DNA of 32,000 bases from Dubosiella newyorkensis (GCF_001945605.1 NZ_MPKA01000113.1:34360-66359); one strand, 5' to 3'. Counted from the stretch's first letter, positions 8,315 to 16,984 are shown. The notes: generated by a model not told the origin, from the sequence alone. Numbers and translations are program-made.

Positions 8315-9202
8315 TTATTTGATCGAAGCTTCAAAGATCGCGTCAACAGAATGCTTCATCGTTTTATTGAATTCTTCTTCTGTTTGGTTCGCGTTTAGTC
8401 CTTCGGCTAACGCTCTTGAGAAGCTTGCGATCAAGCCCGGATTTTCGGCCAGCTTTTTATTCGCTTCTTCTCTTGTATAACCACCTGAAAGCGCTACGAC
8501 ACGAACGACGTGCGGATCTTTCATGATTTCGGAATAAAGTCCAGGAACAGTCGGGATCGATAATTTAAGCATGATCAACTCATTTTCTGGCAAATCTTTC
8601 AAATGTTTTTCGATCTCATCTTTTAAGATCGCTTCGGCTTCTTTTTTGTCTGGGATCGTGATATCCACTTCAGGCTCTAAAATCGGAACGAAACCGGCAT
8701 CGGCGATTTGACGACCATATTCAAATTGTTGATCGACGATTTTCTTGATCCCTTCTGGATTGGCAGCGTGAATGACAGAACGCATCTTTGTTCCAAAAAT
8801 ATTGCGCTTTTGAGCTTGTTCGAGCGTTTGGGTCAAATCTGTGATCGGCTTCATTAGCTGAACGCCCTCTTTTTCGGGTTCAAGACCTTTGTCCACTTTC
8901 AAAAATGGAATGATTCCTTTTTCTTCCCATAAGAAATCAGGAGTATATTTTCCATCGATTTTGCGATCCATCGTATTTTGAAATAAGATAGCCCCTAAGA
9001 TCTCGTCGCCGCTAAAGGAAGGGGATTTGATCATGCGGGTACGCATTTGATGCATCAGATCAAACATTTCTTCATCGTTATTATATTGATCTTGATCGAT
9101 CCCATACGCCTTCAGGGCTTTTGGCGAGCTTCCTCCGCTTTGGTCGAGAGCCGCAATAAATCCTTTCTTTGATTTCATTTGTTCAAGTTGTTTTTGGTTC
9201 AT
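8315..9202 (-). CDS. fda: Class I fructose-bisphosphate aldolase (staphylococcal Fda type)
   Basis: Near-colinear with my memory of S. aureus Fda: KGFIAALDQSGGSSPKAL, FLKVDKGL, GTKMRS, LKLSIPT, SGGY, ASFSRAL. RBS is AGGAGG. Confidence 0.93.
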   Translation of the reverse strand: MNQKQLEQMKSKKGFIAALDQSGGSSPKALKAYGIDQDQYNNDEEMFDLMHQMRTRMIKSPSFSGDEILGAILFQNTMDRKIDGKYTPDFLWEEKGIIPFLKVDKGLEPEKEGVQLMKPITDLTQTLEQAQKRNIFGTKMRSVIHAANPEGIKKIVDQQFEYGRQIADAGFVPILEPEVDITIPDKKEAEAILKDEIEKHLKDLPENELIMLKLSIPTVPGLYSEIMKDPHVVRVVALSGGYTREEANKKLAENPGLIASFSRALAEGLNANQTEEEFNKTMKHSVDAIFEASIK

Positions 9203-9216
9203 TGTTTAACCTCCTA

Positions 9217-9528
9217 TTATTCGAATTCGGAAGATCCAGTCAACGCGCCTTGGTAATAGCCTTCTGAAAATCCGCTTTCAAAACATTGTTCTTTTAAGGC
9301 GTTGAGAGCTTGATCGAGCTCTTTTTGAAAGGCTGAAAGCTGCTCTTGACTCAATCCATCTTTGGATAAGTTTGCCATCAATTGTTCTGAAATCTTGGCA
9401 ACCGCTTTTTCTTGTTCTTCCTTTAGTTGTTTTGCTTGGGTGTCTCCATCGATATTGGATAAATACGAATCAAAAGATTTTTTGGCCTTTTCTAGATCTT
9501 GACCAACACGTTGGAAAAAAGTACTCAT
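9217..9528 (-). CDS. Small acidic, probably coiled-coil protein of unknown function, co-transcribed with fda
   Basis: Track ORF 9217..9537. The start is moved to ATG 9528 (MSTFFQRVGQ) because GAGGTG lies upstream. It stops 14 nt before the fda start. I recognise no motif. Confidence 0.5.
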   Translation of the reverse strand: MSTFFQRVGQDLEKAKKSFDSYLSNIDGDTQAKQLKEEQEKAVAKISEQLMANLSKDGLSQEQLSAFQKELDQALNALKEQCFESGFSEGYYQGALTGSSEFE

Positions 9529-9684
9529 TCTAATCACCTCGTTCTCATTCTATTTTCGTTGTTTTGAAACCTTAAGGCAAGTTAGATACTTATTCAACCG
9601 TTGCGAAACGTCTTCCTTTAAGTATTCTGTTCTGAATTATAGGTCTTTTCATGTACAATAATAGAAATGAAATGAGGTTATGTT

Positions 9685-10134
9685 ATGAAAAAGATCCTTT
9701 TTGTTTGTCATGGGAACATTTGTCGTTCTCCTATGGCTGAATTCATCATGAAAGATCTCGTTAAAAAAGAAGGCTTGAGCGACCAATATTATATCGATTC
9801 TGCCGCCACGAGCCAAGAAGAGATCGGAAACGATCTGTATCCTCCCGCAAAAGCGGTATTAAAAAAGCATCACATTCCTTTTGAATACCATCCTGCCCGC
9901 CAAGTGAAAAAGAAAGATTATGCTTTATTCGACTTGATTTTAGTAATGGATCCTAACAACCAGCGAAATATCAAACGGATCCTTCCTCAAAATCCCGAGC
10001 ACAAGATCCATTTGCTTCTAGACAACGAAAGCATCGCCGATCCATGGTATACAGGCGATTTTGAAAAGAGTTATGAGCAAATCAGACAGGGATGCGAGAT
10101 TTGGCTAGAAAGACTTGAGAATTCTTTCGTATGA
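9685..10134 (+). CDS. Low-molecular-weight protein tyrosine (or arginine) phosphatase
   Basis: Contains the FVCHGNICRSPMAE P-loop (C-X5-R-S) and the D-P loop IADPWY. Size is 149 aa. Confidence 0.93.
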   Translation: MKKILFVCHGNICRSPMAEFIMKDLVKKEGLSDQYYIDSAATSQEEIGNDLYPPAKAVLKKHHIPFEYHPARQVKKKDYALFDLILVMDPNNQRNIKRILPQNPEHKIHLLLDNESIADPWYTGDFEKSYEQIRQGCEIWLERLENSFV

Positions 10135-11447
10135 AACTGTTAAGAAAAATCGAGCTATTGGTGGCGATCGTCTTCTTTATCGCTGGATTCTCTTGCTTGC
10201 TCGCGCCTCGCTTCAATGCCAATATCTTATTTTATGTATGCGCCGCGATCACGACGATCTCTTCGCTTGTTTTATGGTATCAAGTCTTCGTCAAGAAGCG
10301 GGGGATCACGCTCTTTGAAGCGATCTTGATCAGTTTATTTTCTTTGTTTTTGTGGCTCCATCATTCGATCGGGTACGAACTTGTCATCTTGATCTTCAGT
10401 ATCTATATGGGAATCAACGCGATCGGCTTTGGCGTTCAAGCGATCCTTGATTTTAACGATCGCTCCAAGACCCTTTGGTATGATCTCTTGTGGACGCTTA
10501 TTTATATGGGATTGGCGATCGCCTCCTATTTACAGCGTTCACAAGATCTCGATTTGATCCAATATTTTGTTGGTTTCTATTTAGTCATGCAGGGCTGTCA
10601 AATGATCTTGGAACTGTTCTTTTTCTCGAAACCGCAAACGTCGCGTTTTTATTCTTTTCGATTCTGGTCGGCATTGCCTGTCGCGATCGTTTCGATCTTG
10701 CCTTCGATCGTATTAGAAAAAATGCTCAGCTTTAAAGCCAATAAACACCCGATCGATTTTAACGAGATCAAAAACGATCAAAAAGTCAATTTGCGTGTTT
10801 TTATTCACACGGGCTTGAGCGGGGATCATCGCTTTGGACATATGACTCTGGCTCATAATGGAACGATGTATTCGTACGGGAATTATGATAAAGCCGAAGA
10901 AAAGCTGTTTCGGACTCTTGGCCCCGGCATATTCTTTTCGGTCAATGCGGATGAATACATCAACAATTGTTGCATTTATGAAGAAAGCACCTTGTTCGAG
11001 TATGGTCTTCATCTAAGTCCAGAACAAGAAGAAAAGCTTTGCAAGATCCTCCAACACGTCTTCGCTTCGAGCTATCCTTGGGATTGTCCTTTAGAAGTCG
11101 ACTTAAAAAAAGATCCATCGCTGAAAGTCGAACCCTATTTAGAGGATTATTCCAATCGCTTGTGGTATCGGACCCATTGTCATTATCGAAAGTTTTATGG
11201 AGGAGAATGGAAAACCTATTGGATCTTAGGCACAAATTGTTCGCTATTCGCTACGCGGATCCTTCATTCGATCGATCCTGCTATTCATAAAAGTCATGGA
11301 ATCGTAACGCCTGGCGAGTTTTGGGAATATTTTGAAGAAGCGTTTCAAGATCCGGCGAGCAATGTGATCCATAAAACTTGGCACTCGGCCAACGAACCTT
11401 CGACACTGTATCCGCTTCAAGGAAAAAATTCGATCCAGACAATATAA
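10131..11447 (+). CDS. Membrane protein: N-terminal multi-TM (HdeD/DUF308-like) region plus a C-terminal soluble domain with a His...Cys (NCxxF) signature suggesting a permuted papain fold
   Basis: 438 aa. About six hydrophobic helices fall in the first ~200 aa. The C-terminal part carries FGHMTLAHNGTMYSYGNY and YWILGTNCSLFATRIL. The start overlaps the LMW-PTP stop (ATGA). Confidence 0.6.
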   Translation: MKLLRKIELLVAIVFFIAGFSCLLAPRFNANILFYVCAAITTISSLVLWYQVFVKKRGITLFEAILISLFSLFLWLHHSIGYELVILIFSIYMGINAIGFGVQAILDFNDRSKTLWYDLLWTLIYMGLAIASYLQRSQDLDLIQYFVGFYLVMQGCQMILELFFFSKPQTSRFYSFRFWSALPVAIVSILPSIVLEKMLSFKANKHPIDFNEIKNDQKVNLRVFIHTGLSGDHRFGHMTLAHNGTMYSYGNYDKAEEKLFRTLGPGIFFSVNADEYINNCCIYEESTLFEYGLHLSPEQEEKLCKILQHVFASSYPWDCPLEVDLKKDPSLKVEPYLEDYSNRLWYRTHCHYRKFYGGEWKTYWILGTNCSLFATRILHSIDPAIHKSHGIVTPGEFWEYFEEAFQDPASNVIHKTWHSANEPSTLYPLQGKNSIQTI

Positions 11448-11474
11448 AAAAAAGAGGCGAGACCTCTTTTTTTT
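11446..11474. terminator. Bidirectional hairpin terminator
   Basis: AGAGG-cgaga-CCTCT flanked by A8 and T8, between convergent genes. Confidence 0.8.
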
Positions 11475-11476
11475 GA

Positions 11477-11968
11477 TTATTTTTTTAATCCAGCAGCGAT
11501 GAGCGCTGCATCATAATCGGGCTCTTCGCTTACTTCATCCACATATTGAACGTGGGTAAGCACGCCATCTTCATCCGTAACAAAAACGCTACGGGCCAAT
11601 AAGCCGTTTTCTTTCATATAGGTGCCCGTTTTTTTCGCGAAATCACGATCTTTATAATCGCTTGTTGTCAAGAGCTGCTTATTATTTTCAGCTTGACACC
11701 ATCTAGTCAAAGCGAAAGGCAGATCCATGCTGACGGAAATGACTTCCACTTCATCTTGTCCTTTGATCAAGTTCATGAATTTGGCAAGTTCCATCGAGCA
11801 GACAGCCGTATCGACGCTAGGCACGGCTAGAATGATCTTTTTGCCTCGCTTCTCCATTGGTTGAATATCGGTAAGATCGGTCGTTGTTACGGTAAAGTTT
11901 GGCATTTCTTCGCCTGCGCTCAAGCGAGTGCCTTCTAGAGTTACTGGATTTCCTAAAAATGTTGTCAT
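11477..11968 (-). CDS. tpx: Thiol peroxidase (atypical 2-Cys peroxiredoxin Tpx)
   Basis: Contains PSVDTAVCS (peroxidatic Cys) and RWC (resolving Cys). Size is 163 aa. Confidence 0.93.
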   Translation of the reverse strand: MTTFLGNPVTLEGTRLSAGEEMPNFTVTTTDLTDIQPMEKRGKKIILAVPSVDTAVCSMELAKFMNLIKGQDEVEVISVSMDLPFALTRWCQAENNKQLLTTSDYKDRDFAKKTGTYMKENGLLARSVFVTDEDGVLTHVQYVDEVSEEPDYDAALIAAGLKK

Positions 11969-12111
11969 GATCCTATCCTCCTGCCCTTTTACTATAAAGA
12001 AACGAGATCAAATTTCCTATTGTTACGCTCACGAGAATCGATGTAAGAAAACTATTTTTTTACAGTCAGCACACATGAAATTGAGCAAAGAGTCTTCTAT
12101 GATAGTTGTAA

Positions 12112-12136
12112 CTTGAAAAGACGTGTTCTTTTCAAG
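12112..12136. promoter_or_regulatory. Perfect 10-bp inverted repeat upstream of the ManA-like gene (operator or RNA hairpin)
   Basis: CTTGAAAAGA (12112-12121), cgtgt, TCTTTTCAAG (12127-12136). It ends 38 nt before the ATG at 12175. Confidence 0.5.
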
Positions 12137-12174
12137 AATTGAATCCAAATGGATAGGAATCGAGGTAACAGAAT

Positions 12175-13077
12175 ATGGGTATCTACAAATTATCACCCGA
12201 CGTTGAAAGCTTTGAATGGGGCGGAACGAAATTAAAGGAATATGGCAAAAAAGCCAAAAACGAAACCGATAAGATCGCTCAAACGTGGGAGCTTTGCGCA
12301 AATGGTGATCATCAATCGCTGCTGACAACTGGAAAAGATGCAGGGATCACGTTAGGTCAATACATCAAAGACACAGATGGAAAAGCAGCTGGCACCATCG
12401 CGAAAGAATTCGATTACTTTCCAATCACGATCAAAATGGTCGACAATCAAAATGTAAGCGCGATCCAAGTAAATCCCGATCCAGAAAAAGTAAACTTGAT
12501 CTACGTCTTGAGCGCAAAAGAGGATGCGGTTTTCTATTGTGGATTGAACGAAAAGATCGAACGGGAGCAGATGGTGGAAAAGATCCAAAACGGAACGCTC
12601 CAAGATTTGATTCGTTCCTTTGCCGTCAAGGCAGGAGACGCGTTTTTGATTGAACCAGGCACTGTATTTGCGATCGGAGACGATATTCAGTATATCAGTA
12701 TCCAACAAGATTCCCCATTGAAGGAATTTAGCTTCGAGCAAGTGCTCGACGCCATCACGATGGATGTAGCGGATGTAGAAAAAGAAGCGCAGCAAGAAGT
12801 GATCGAAGACGGAAACGCAAAAACAGTCATGCTCGCCAATTCCGATGTCTTCACCACATTCAAGACAGAATTGAACGGCACAGTTAAAATCGACCAAGAT
12901 GAGGATTCATTCGGTTCGATCGTCATGATCGAAGGTGAGGCTGTCATCAACAGCGATGGAGGCGAAATTCCAGCAAGCAAAGGCGATACGTTCTTTATTG
13001 ACGCTGGAACTAAAAACATCGAGATCCAAGGAAAAGGAACCTATTTATACACCTTCCTTTCTGAATTGGATGCGTAG
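12175..13077 (+). CDS. Type I mannose-6-phosphate isomerase-like cupin protein lacking the metal ligands (predicted non-catalytic paralogue)
   Basis: Clear end-to-end similarity to the ManA at 23381..24346 (WGGTKLKE, WEL, FPI.IK, FTTF.T.L.GT..ID..E.SFGSI...EG). However QVHP becomes QVNP, the GKTEMWYIL segment is deleted, and LHAIG becomes VFAIG. RBS is GAGGT. Confidence 0.75.
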   Translation: MGIYKLSPDVESFEWGGTKLKEYGKKAKNETDKIAQTWELCANGDHQSLLTTGKDAGITLGQYIKDTDGKAAGTIAKEFDYFPITIKMVDNQNVSAIQVNPDPEKVNLIYVLSAKEDAVFYCGLNEKIEREQMVEKIQNGTLQDLIRSFAVKAGDAFLIEPGTVFAIGDDIQYISIQQDSPLKEFSFEQVLDAITMDVADVEKEAQQEVIEDGNAKTVMLANSDVFTTFKTELNGTVKIDQDEDSFGSIVMIEGEAVINSDGGEIPASKGDTFFIDAGTKNIEIQGKGTYLYTFLSELDA

Positions 13078-13082
13078 TTTTT

Positions 13083-13110
13083 GAGCTTGTCAAACAAGCT
13101 CTTTTTTTTT
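13083..13110 (+). terminator. Rho-independent terminator after the ManA-like gene
   Basis: GAGCTTGT-caa-ACAAGCTC followed by T9. Confidence 0.85.
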
Positions 13111-13147
13111 AGCGTATACTAGGAATGAGAGAAAGGAAAGAACTTTA

Positions 13148-13975
13148 ATGAAACAAAATCTGCACACTCACACCCTATATTGTGATGGAAAGGATTCCGT
13201 AGAAGAAATGGTCCTGGAAGCGATCAATCGAAACTTTGATGGATTAGGATTTTCGGGACATGGCAACAACATTCTTTTCGATCCATGTTCGATGGATGAT
13301 GAAAGAGAAAGCAAATATCGTAACGATATATTTTCAGCTCAAGAAAAATATGGTGATCGAATCACTTTATATTTAGGTATTGAAGAAGACTCGATCGGAA
13401 AGCGCTTTTCGCATGACGAGTATGAATATATTATTGGCAGCGTTCATTTTTTAGAAAAAAATGGTGAAGTCGCGCCAATCGATTATTCAAGAGCTCGCTT
13501 CGAACAAATCTTACACGATTGGTATGCCGATGATATGCTCGCAATGGCTGCCGATTATTATGAAGCTGTAAAAGAAGTCGCTTCACGAGATGAGGTCGAT
13601 GTGATCGGACACATTGATCTCATCAGCAAATACAATGAAAACAACGCCTATTTCGATTTTGAAGATCCAGCCTATCTTGAGCTTGCCAAAGACGCGATCG
13701 ATACTGCTATCCTAAACGATAAGATCATCGAAATGAACACAGGAGCGATCGCAAGAGGCTATCGAACAAAGCCGTATCCTCATTTACAACTGCTCAAATA
13801 TATTCAAGAGAAGGGCGGAAAAATTTGCATCAACACGGACTGTCACAATCGTTTTGACCTTGATCGCGGATATGAAGATTGTTTATCGTTAGCCAAAATG
13901 AGCGGCTTTCAAGAAATTTATGCTCTTTCTAACGATGGATTTTATCCTATAAAGATCGAAGATTGGAACGTATAA
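13148..13975 (+). CDS. PHP-domain phosphatase (HisJ-family histidinol-phosphatase-like)
   Basis: N-terminus LHTHTLYCDGK, then GFSGHG, GSVH, GH.D and C-terminal NTD.H, which match the PHP metal motifs. Size is 275 aa. Confidence 0.8.
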   Translation: MKQNLHTHTLYCDGKDSVEEMVLEAINRNFDGLGFSGHGNNILFDPCSMDDERESKYRNDIFSAQEKYGDRITLYLGIEEDSIGKRFSHDEYEYIIGSVHFLEKNGEVAPIDYSRARFEQILHDWYADDMLAMAADYYEAVKEVASRDEVDVIGHIDLISKYNENNAYFDFEDPAYLELAKDAIDTAILNDKIIEMNTGAIARGYRTKPYPHLQLLKYIQEKGGKICINTDCHNRFDLDRGYEDCLSLAKMSGFQEIYALSNDGFYPIKIEDWNV

Positions 13976-13983
13976 AATTCTTA

Positions 13984-14012
13984 TTGACAATCCACAATAA
14001 AGTGCGTAATAT
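13984..14012 (+). promoter_or_regulatory. Sigma-A type promoter
   Basis: TTGACA (13984-13989), a 17-nt spacer, then TAATAT (14007-14012). AAGGGGG RBS precedes ATG 14048. Confidence 0.6.
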
Positions 14013-14047
14013 AGTTCAGGTTTGTCAATCAAGGGGGAAATGAATCT

Positions 14048-15427
14048 ATGAAACAATATGATATCGCAATCATAGGTGCCGGACCTGGAGGAATATTCGC
14101 CGCCTATGAACTCAATAAACTAGCTCCGGAACGTTCTGTTGTCGTTTTAGAAAAGGGAAGCGCTCTCGAACATAGAAAGTGCCCGATCGATGGAGTAAAG
14201 ATCAAGTCTTGTATCAACTGTCCATCTTGCTCGATCATGAACGGATTTGGGGGAGCTGGCGCGTTTTCTGATGGAAAATACAATATCACCAATGAATTTG
14301 GCGGGGATCTGTATGAATATGTCGGAGCCAAAGAAGCTATTGAACTGATGGAATATGTCGATTCGATCAATATGGAAAATGGAGGGAGCGAAAGCCGGAT
14401 GTTCGCCAATGAGCATCCTGAAATCGCAAAGCTCTGCTTGCAGAACGATCTTCATCTTCTCAAAGCCAAAGTCCGGCATTTAGGGACAGACATCAACTAT
14501 ATCGTGCTGGAAAACTTGTATCAAAACTTACACGAGCATGTCGACTTCCAATTTCATACGTATGTAGAATCGATCCAAAAAGAAGCGGAAGGCTTTCTTA
14601 TCACAAGCTCGAAAGGGGAATACTTTGCGAAGCAAGTGATCATATCCACAGGACGGTCTGGATCGAAATGGATGGAAACGATCTGTAGATCGCTCTCGAT
14701 TCCTACTGAATCTTCACGAATCGATATTGGCGTCCGCGTAGAGGTCCCATACGATGTTTTTTCCGATATGACGGATGCGTTGTATGAATCGAAAATCGTC
14801 TATCGGACCAAACGTTATCAAGATAAAGTACGGACATTCTGTATGAATCCGCATGGGGTTGTCGTCTCCGAAAATACCAATGGCATCATTACGGTCAATG
14901 GGCATAGCTACGAAGATCCTGCCCTCTATACAGAGAATACGAACTTTGCGCTTTTGGTCTCGAACCATTTTACCGAACCGTTTCATCAATCGAATCAATA
15001 TGGAGAGTCGATCGCGCGTCTATCGAATATGTTGGGTGGTGGTGTCATCGTTCAACGTTTTGGAGATTTGATCCGCGGACAACGCTCCACTCCAGATCGG
15101 ATCGCGAAAGGATTTATCACTCCAACTATGGAAGCGACGCCAGGCGATCTATCGCTCGTGATCCCAAAACGGCAATTGGACGATATCATTGAAATGATCG
15201 AGGCGCTCGATCGCGTATGTCCAGGAACCGCGAGCGACGATACGCTGTTGTATGGAGTGGAAGTCAAATTTTATAATATGAAAGTCGATGTGGATGAAAA
15301 TCTAGAAACTATCGTGCCTGGCTTGTATGTGATCGGGGATTGTTCCGGCGTGACGCATTCTCTTTCGCACGCAAGCGCCTCGGGCGTGTATGCGGCAAGG
15401 AAAATCGTAGAATCGGATAAAAATTAG
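14048..15427 (+). CDS. FAD-dependent oxidoreductase (COG2509-type uncharacterised flavoprotein)
   Basis: YDIAIIGAGPGGIFAA dinucleotide-binding motif, C-terminal GLYVIGDCSG, and a Cys cluster CPIDG..KSCINCPSC. Size is 459 aa. Confidence 0.8.
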   Translation: MKQYDIAIIGAGPGGIFAAYELNKLAPERSVVVLEKGSALEHRKCPIDGVKIKSCINCPSCSIMNGFGGAGAFSDGKYNITNEFGGDLYEYVGAKEAIELMEYVDSINMENGGSESRMFANEHPEIAKLCLQNDLHLLKAKVRHLGTDINYIVLENLYQNLHEHVDFQFHTYVESIQKEAEGFLITSSKGEYFAKQVIISTGRSGSKWMETICRSLSIPTESSRIDIGVRVEVPYDVFSDMTDALYESKIVYRTKRYQDKVRTFCMNPHGVVVSENTNGIITVNGHSYEDPALYTENTNFALLVSNHFTEPFHQSNQYGESIARLSNMLGGGVIVQRFGDLIRGQRSTPDRIAKGFITPTMEATPGDLSLVIPKRQLDDIIEMIEALDRVCPGTASDDTLLYGVEVKFYNMKVDVDENLETIVPGLYVIGDCSGVTHSLSHASASGVYAARKIVESDKN

Positions 15428-15450
15428 ATCAAAAAGCATATTCAATAAAA

Positions 15451-15490
15451 AGAGTCCAAAAAGAGAAATATTGTTTCTCTTTGGACTCTT
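15451..15490. terminator. Long bidirectional hairpin terminator
   Basis: AGAGTCCAAAAAGAGAAA pairs with TTTCTCTTTGGACTCT (with a 2-nt bulge), flanked by A and T runs, between convergent genes. Confidence 0.85.
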
Positions 15491-16129
15491 TTATTCTGGA
15501 AGGATATCTAGGATCGCTTTTCGTAAGGCAAAAGCGAGCTTTTGATGATTCTCTTCATCCATATGCAAACCGTCCGCTTCGCTTGCGAAAGCGATCGTAG
15601 AAGCATCGAAGAAATGAACTGGATATGGAGCGATCGCATTTTGGATCTCGCTGGAAAGTAGCTTGGATTGTTCGAATGAATACTCGTTGAATCCAGCTGC
15701 CACTCCGCCCAATACAGGAATCTGTTCTCCCAAAAGGATCGGGGCTACGATCATCAGCTGCGGCATAGAACTCGATTCCCATAAGGTAGGGTTCAGAAAT
15801 TCACGCACAAAAGCGCGGAGGCCATTGGCGATTTGTACAGCAGGATAGTGATAGCATGTTTTTAGATCATTCGTTCCAAGCATAACGATCACAAGATCTA
15901 AAGGCGAATGGGTTTGAAGGGCCCGGATAAAATCAGGATAGCCGCATTTATGAGGCTGAAAGATATCGTAACCGATCGCTGTTCGGCTGTTGAGGCCTTC
16001 TTCAATGATTTCTGTCTGATCTAGATTTAGAAGCCGAGTCCAGCGTCTTGCTTGTCTATGTCCATCATACGGCGAAAATCCCCATGTATTAGAGTCTCCA
16101 TAGCAGAGAATTCGTTTTTTTTGTATCAT
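15491..16129 (-). CDS. SGNH/GDSL hydrolase (MsAcT-like esterase/acyltransferase); candidate sialate O-acetylesterase by context
   Basis: Block I ILCYGDSNTWG, block II EEGLNSRT, block III MLGTNDLK, block V DGLHM. AGGAGTGG RBS sits directly after the rpiR stop. Confidence 0.8.
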   Translation of the reverse strand: MIQKKRILCYGDSNTWGFSPYDGHRQARRWTRLLNLDQTEIIEEGLNSRTAIGYDIFQPHKCGYPDFIRALQTHSPLDLVIVMLGTNDLKTCYHYPAVQIANGLRAFVREFLNPTLWESSSMPQLMIVAPILLGEQIPVLGGVAAGFNEYSFEQSKLLSSEIQNAIAPYPVHFFDASTIAFASEADGLHMDEENHQKLAFALRKAILDILPE

Positions 16130-16141
16130 TGTTTTCCACTC

Positions 16142-16984
16142 CTATTCTACCATTTGCCCGGAACGGTCGATCACTTCGACCGTCTTCTCATGAAATTTGC
16201 GCTTTTCGTCTCGATTATAGCGCATGCAAGCCGCATAAAGAATATCGATCATGACAAGAAGCGGAAATTGAGGCGATATCAAATTGCCATGATTGAGATG
16301 AAGTAGGGAAGGAACCACAATGACTTCATCCACAAAATCGTTTAAATATTCATAACGGCTCGAAGTGATCATCATCGTTTTTGCTCCTCGTTCGTGAGAA
16401 ACTCGAAGAGACTCTAAAAGCTCTTGCCGGCTTCCTGAAAGAGAGAGAACTATTACGAGATCGCTTTCCTTTCGAAAGACAGAAATCATACGGATCATAT
16501 CAATATCGTCAAAGGCCTCAATATCAAGCCCGACCCGCATAAAGCGGTAAGCCATTTCTCGAGCTGCATAGCCCGAAGAACCTATTCCCATCACATAGAC
16601 ACGATTAGCTTGCGAGATCATCTTTGCGCAGGCTCCAATTTGTTCTTCTCGAATCAAACTATATGTTTTGGTAAGAAGATCTTGATAGGCGTTGAGCACT
16701 TGCAAGGAGGACTCAGTGACATTTTCATTCGGTTTGGAAGCAGCAAGGCTTTTTTCGTATTGATAAATGAATTCCCGATAGCCTTTAAAACCAATTTTTT
16801 TTGAAAAGCGCACTAGAGTGGCTTCGGATACGTTTAAAATAGCTGCAACATGTTTTAAAGAAAAATCATGGAGTTCGTTTTTTTCTAAAAAGTAATCGGC
16901 GACCTGTTTTTCGGTCGCAGTCAAGTCTTCATAGGTCGACTCGATCAGAGGAAGAGCCGATTTTTCAGTATATTCCATCATCAT
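16142..16984 (-). CDS. RpiR/MurR-family transcriptional regulator (HTH_6 + SIS), likely nan regulator
   Basis: N-terminus L...E..VADYF with the HTH VSEATLVRFSKK.GFKGY.EF. SIS domain G.G.SG..A......F...G. The start is moved to ATG 16984 because GGAGG lies upstream. The track ORF reaches 17041. Confidence 0.88.
   Translation of the reverse strand: MMMEYTEKSALPLIESTYEDLTATEKQVADYFLEKNELHDFSLKHVAAILNVSEATLVRFSKKIGFKGYREFIYQYEKSLAASKPNENVTESSLQVLNAYQDLLTKTYSLIREEQIGACAKMISQANRVYVMGIGSSGYAAREMAYRFMRVGLDIEAFDDIDMIRMISVFRKESDLVIVLSLSGSRQELLESLRVSHERGAKTMMITSSRYEYLNDFVDEVIVVPSLLHLNHGNLISPQFPLLVMIDILYAACMRYNRDEKRKFHEKTVEVIDRSGQMVE

Noticed and set aside
12352-13019. 181-aa and 110-aa minus-strand ORFs opposite the ManA-like gene
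   Set aside because: These are shadow ORFs of a plus-strand gene that has clear homology to ManA, an RBS and a terminator. No motifs or start signals are present.
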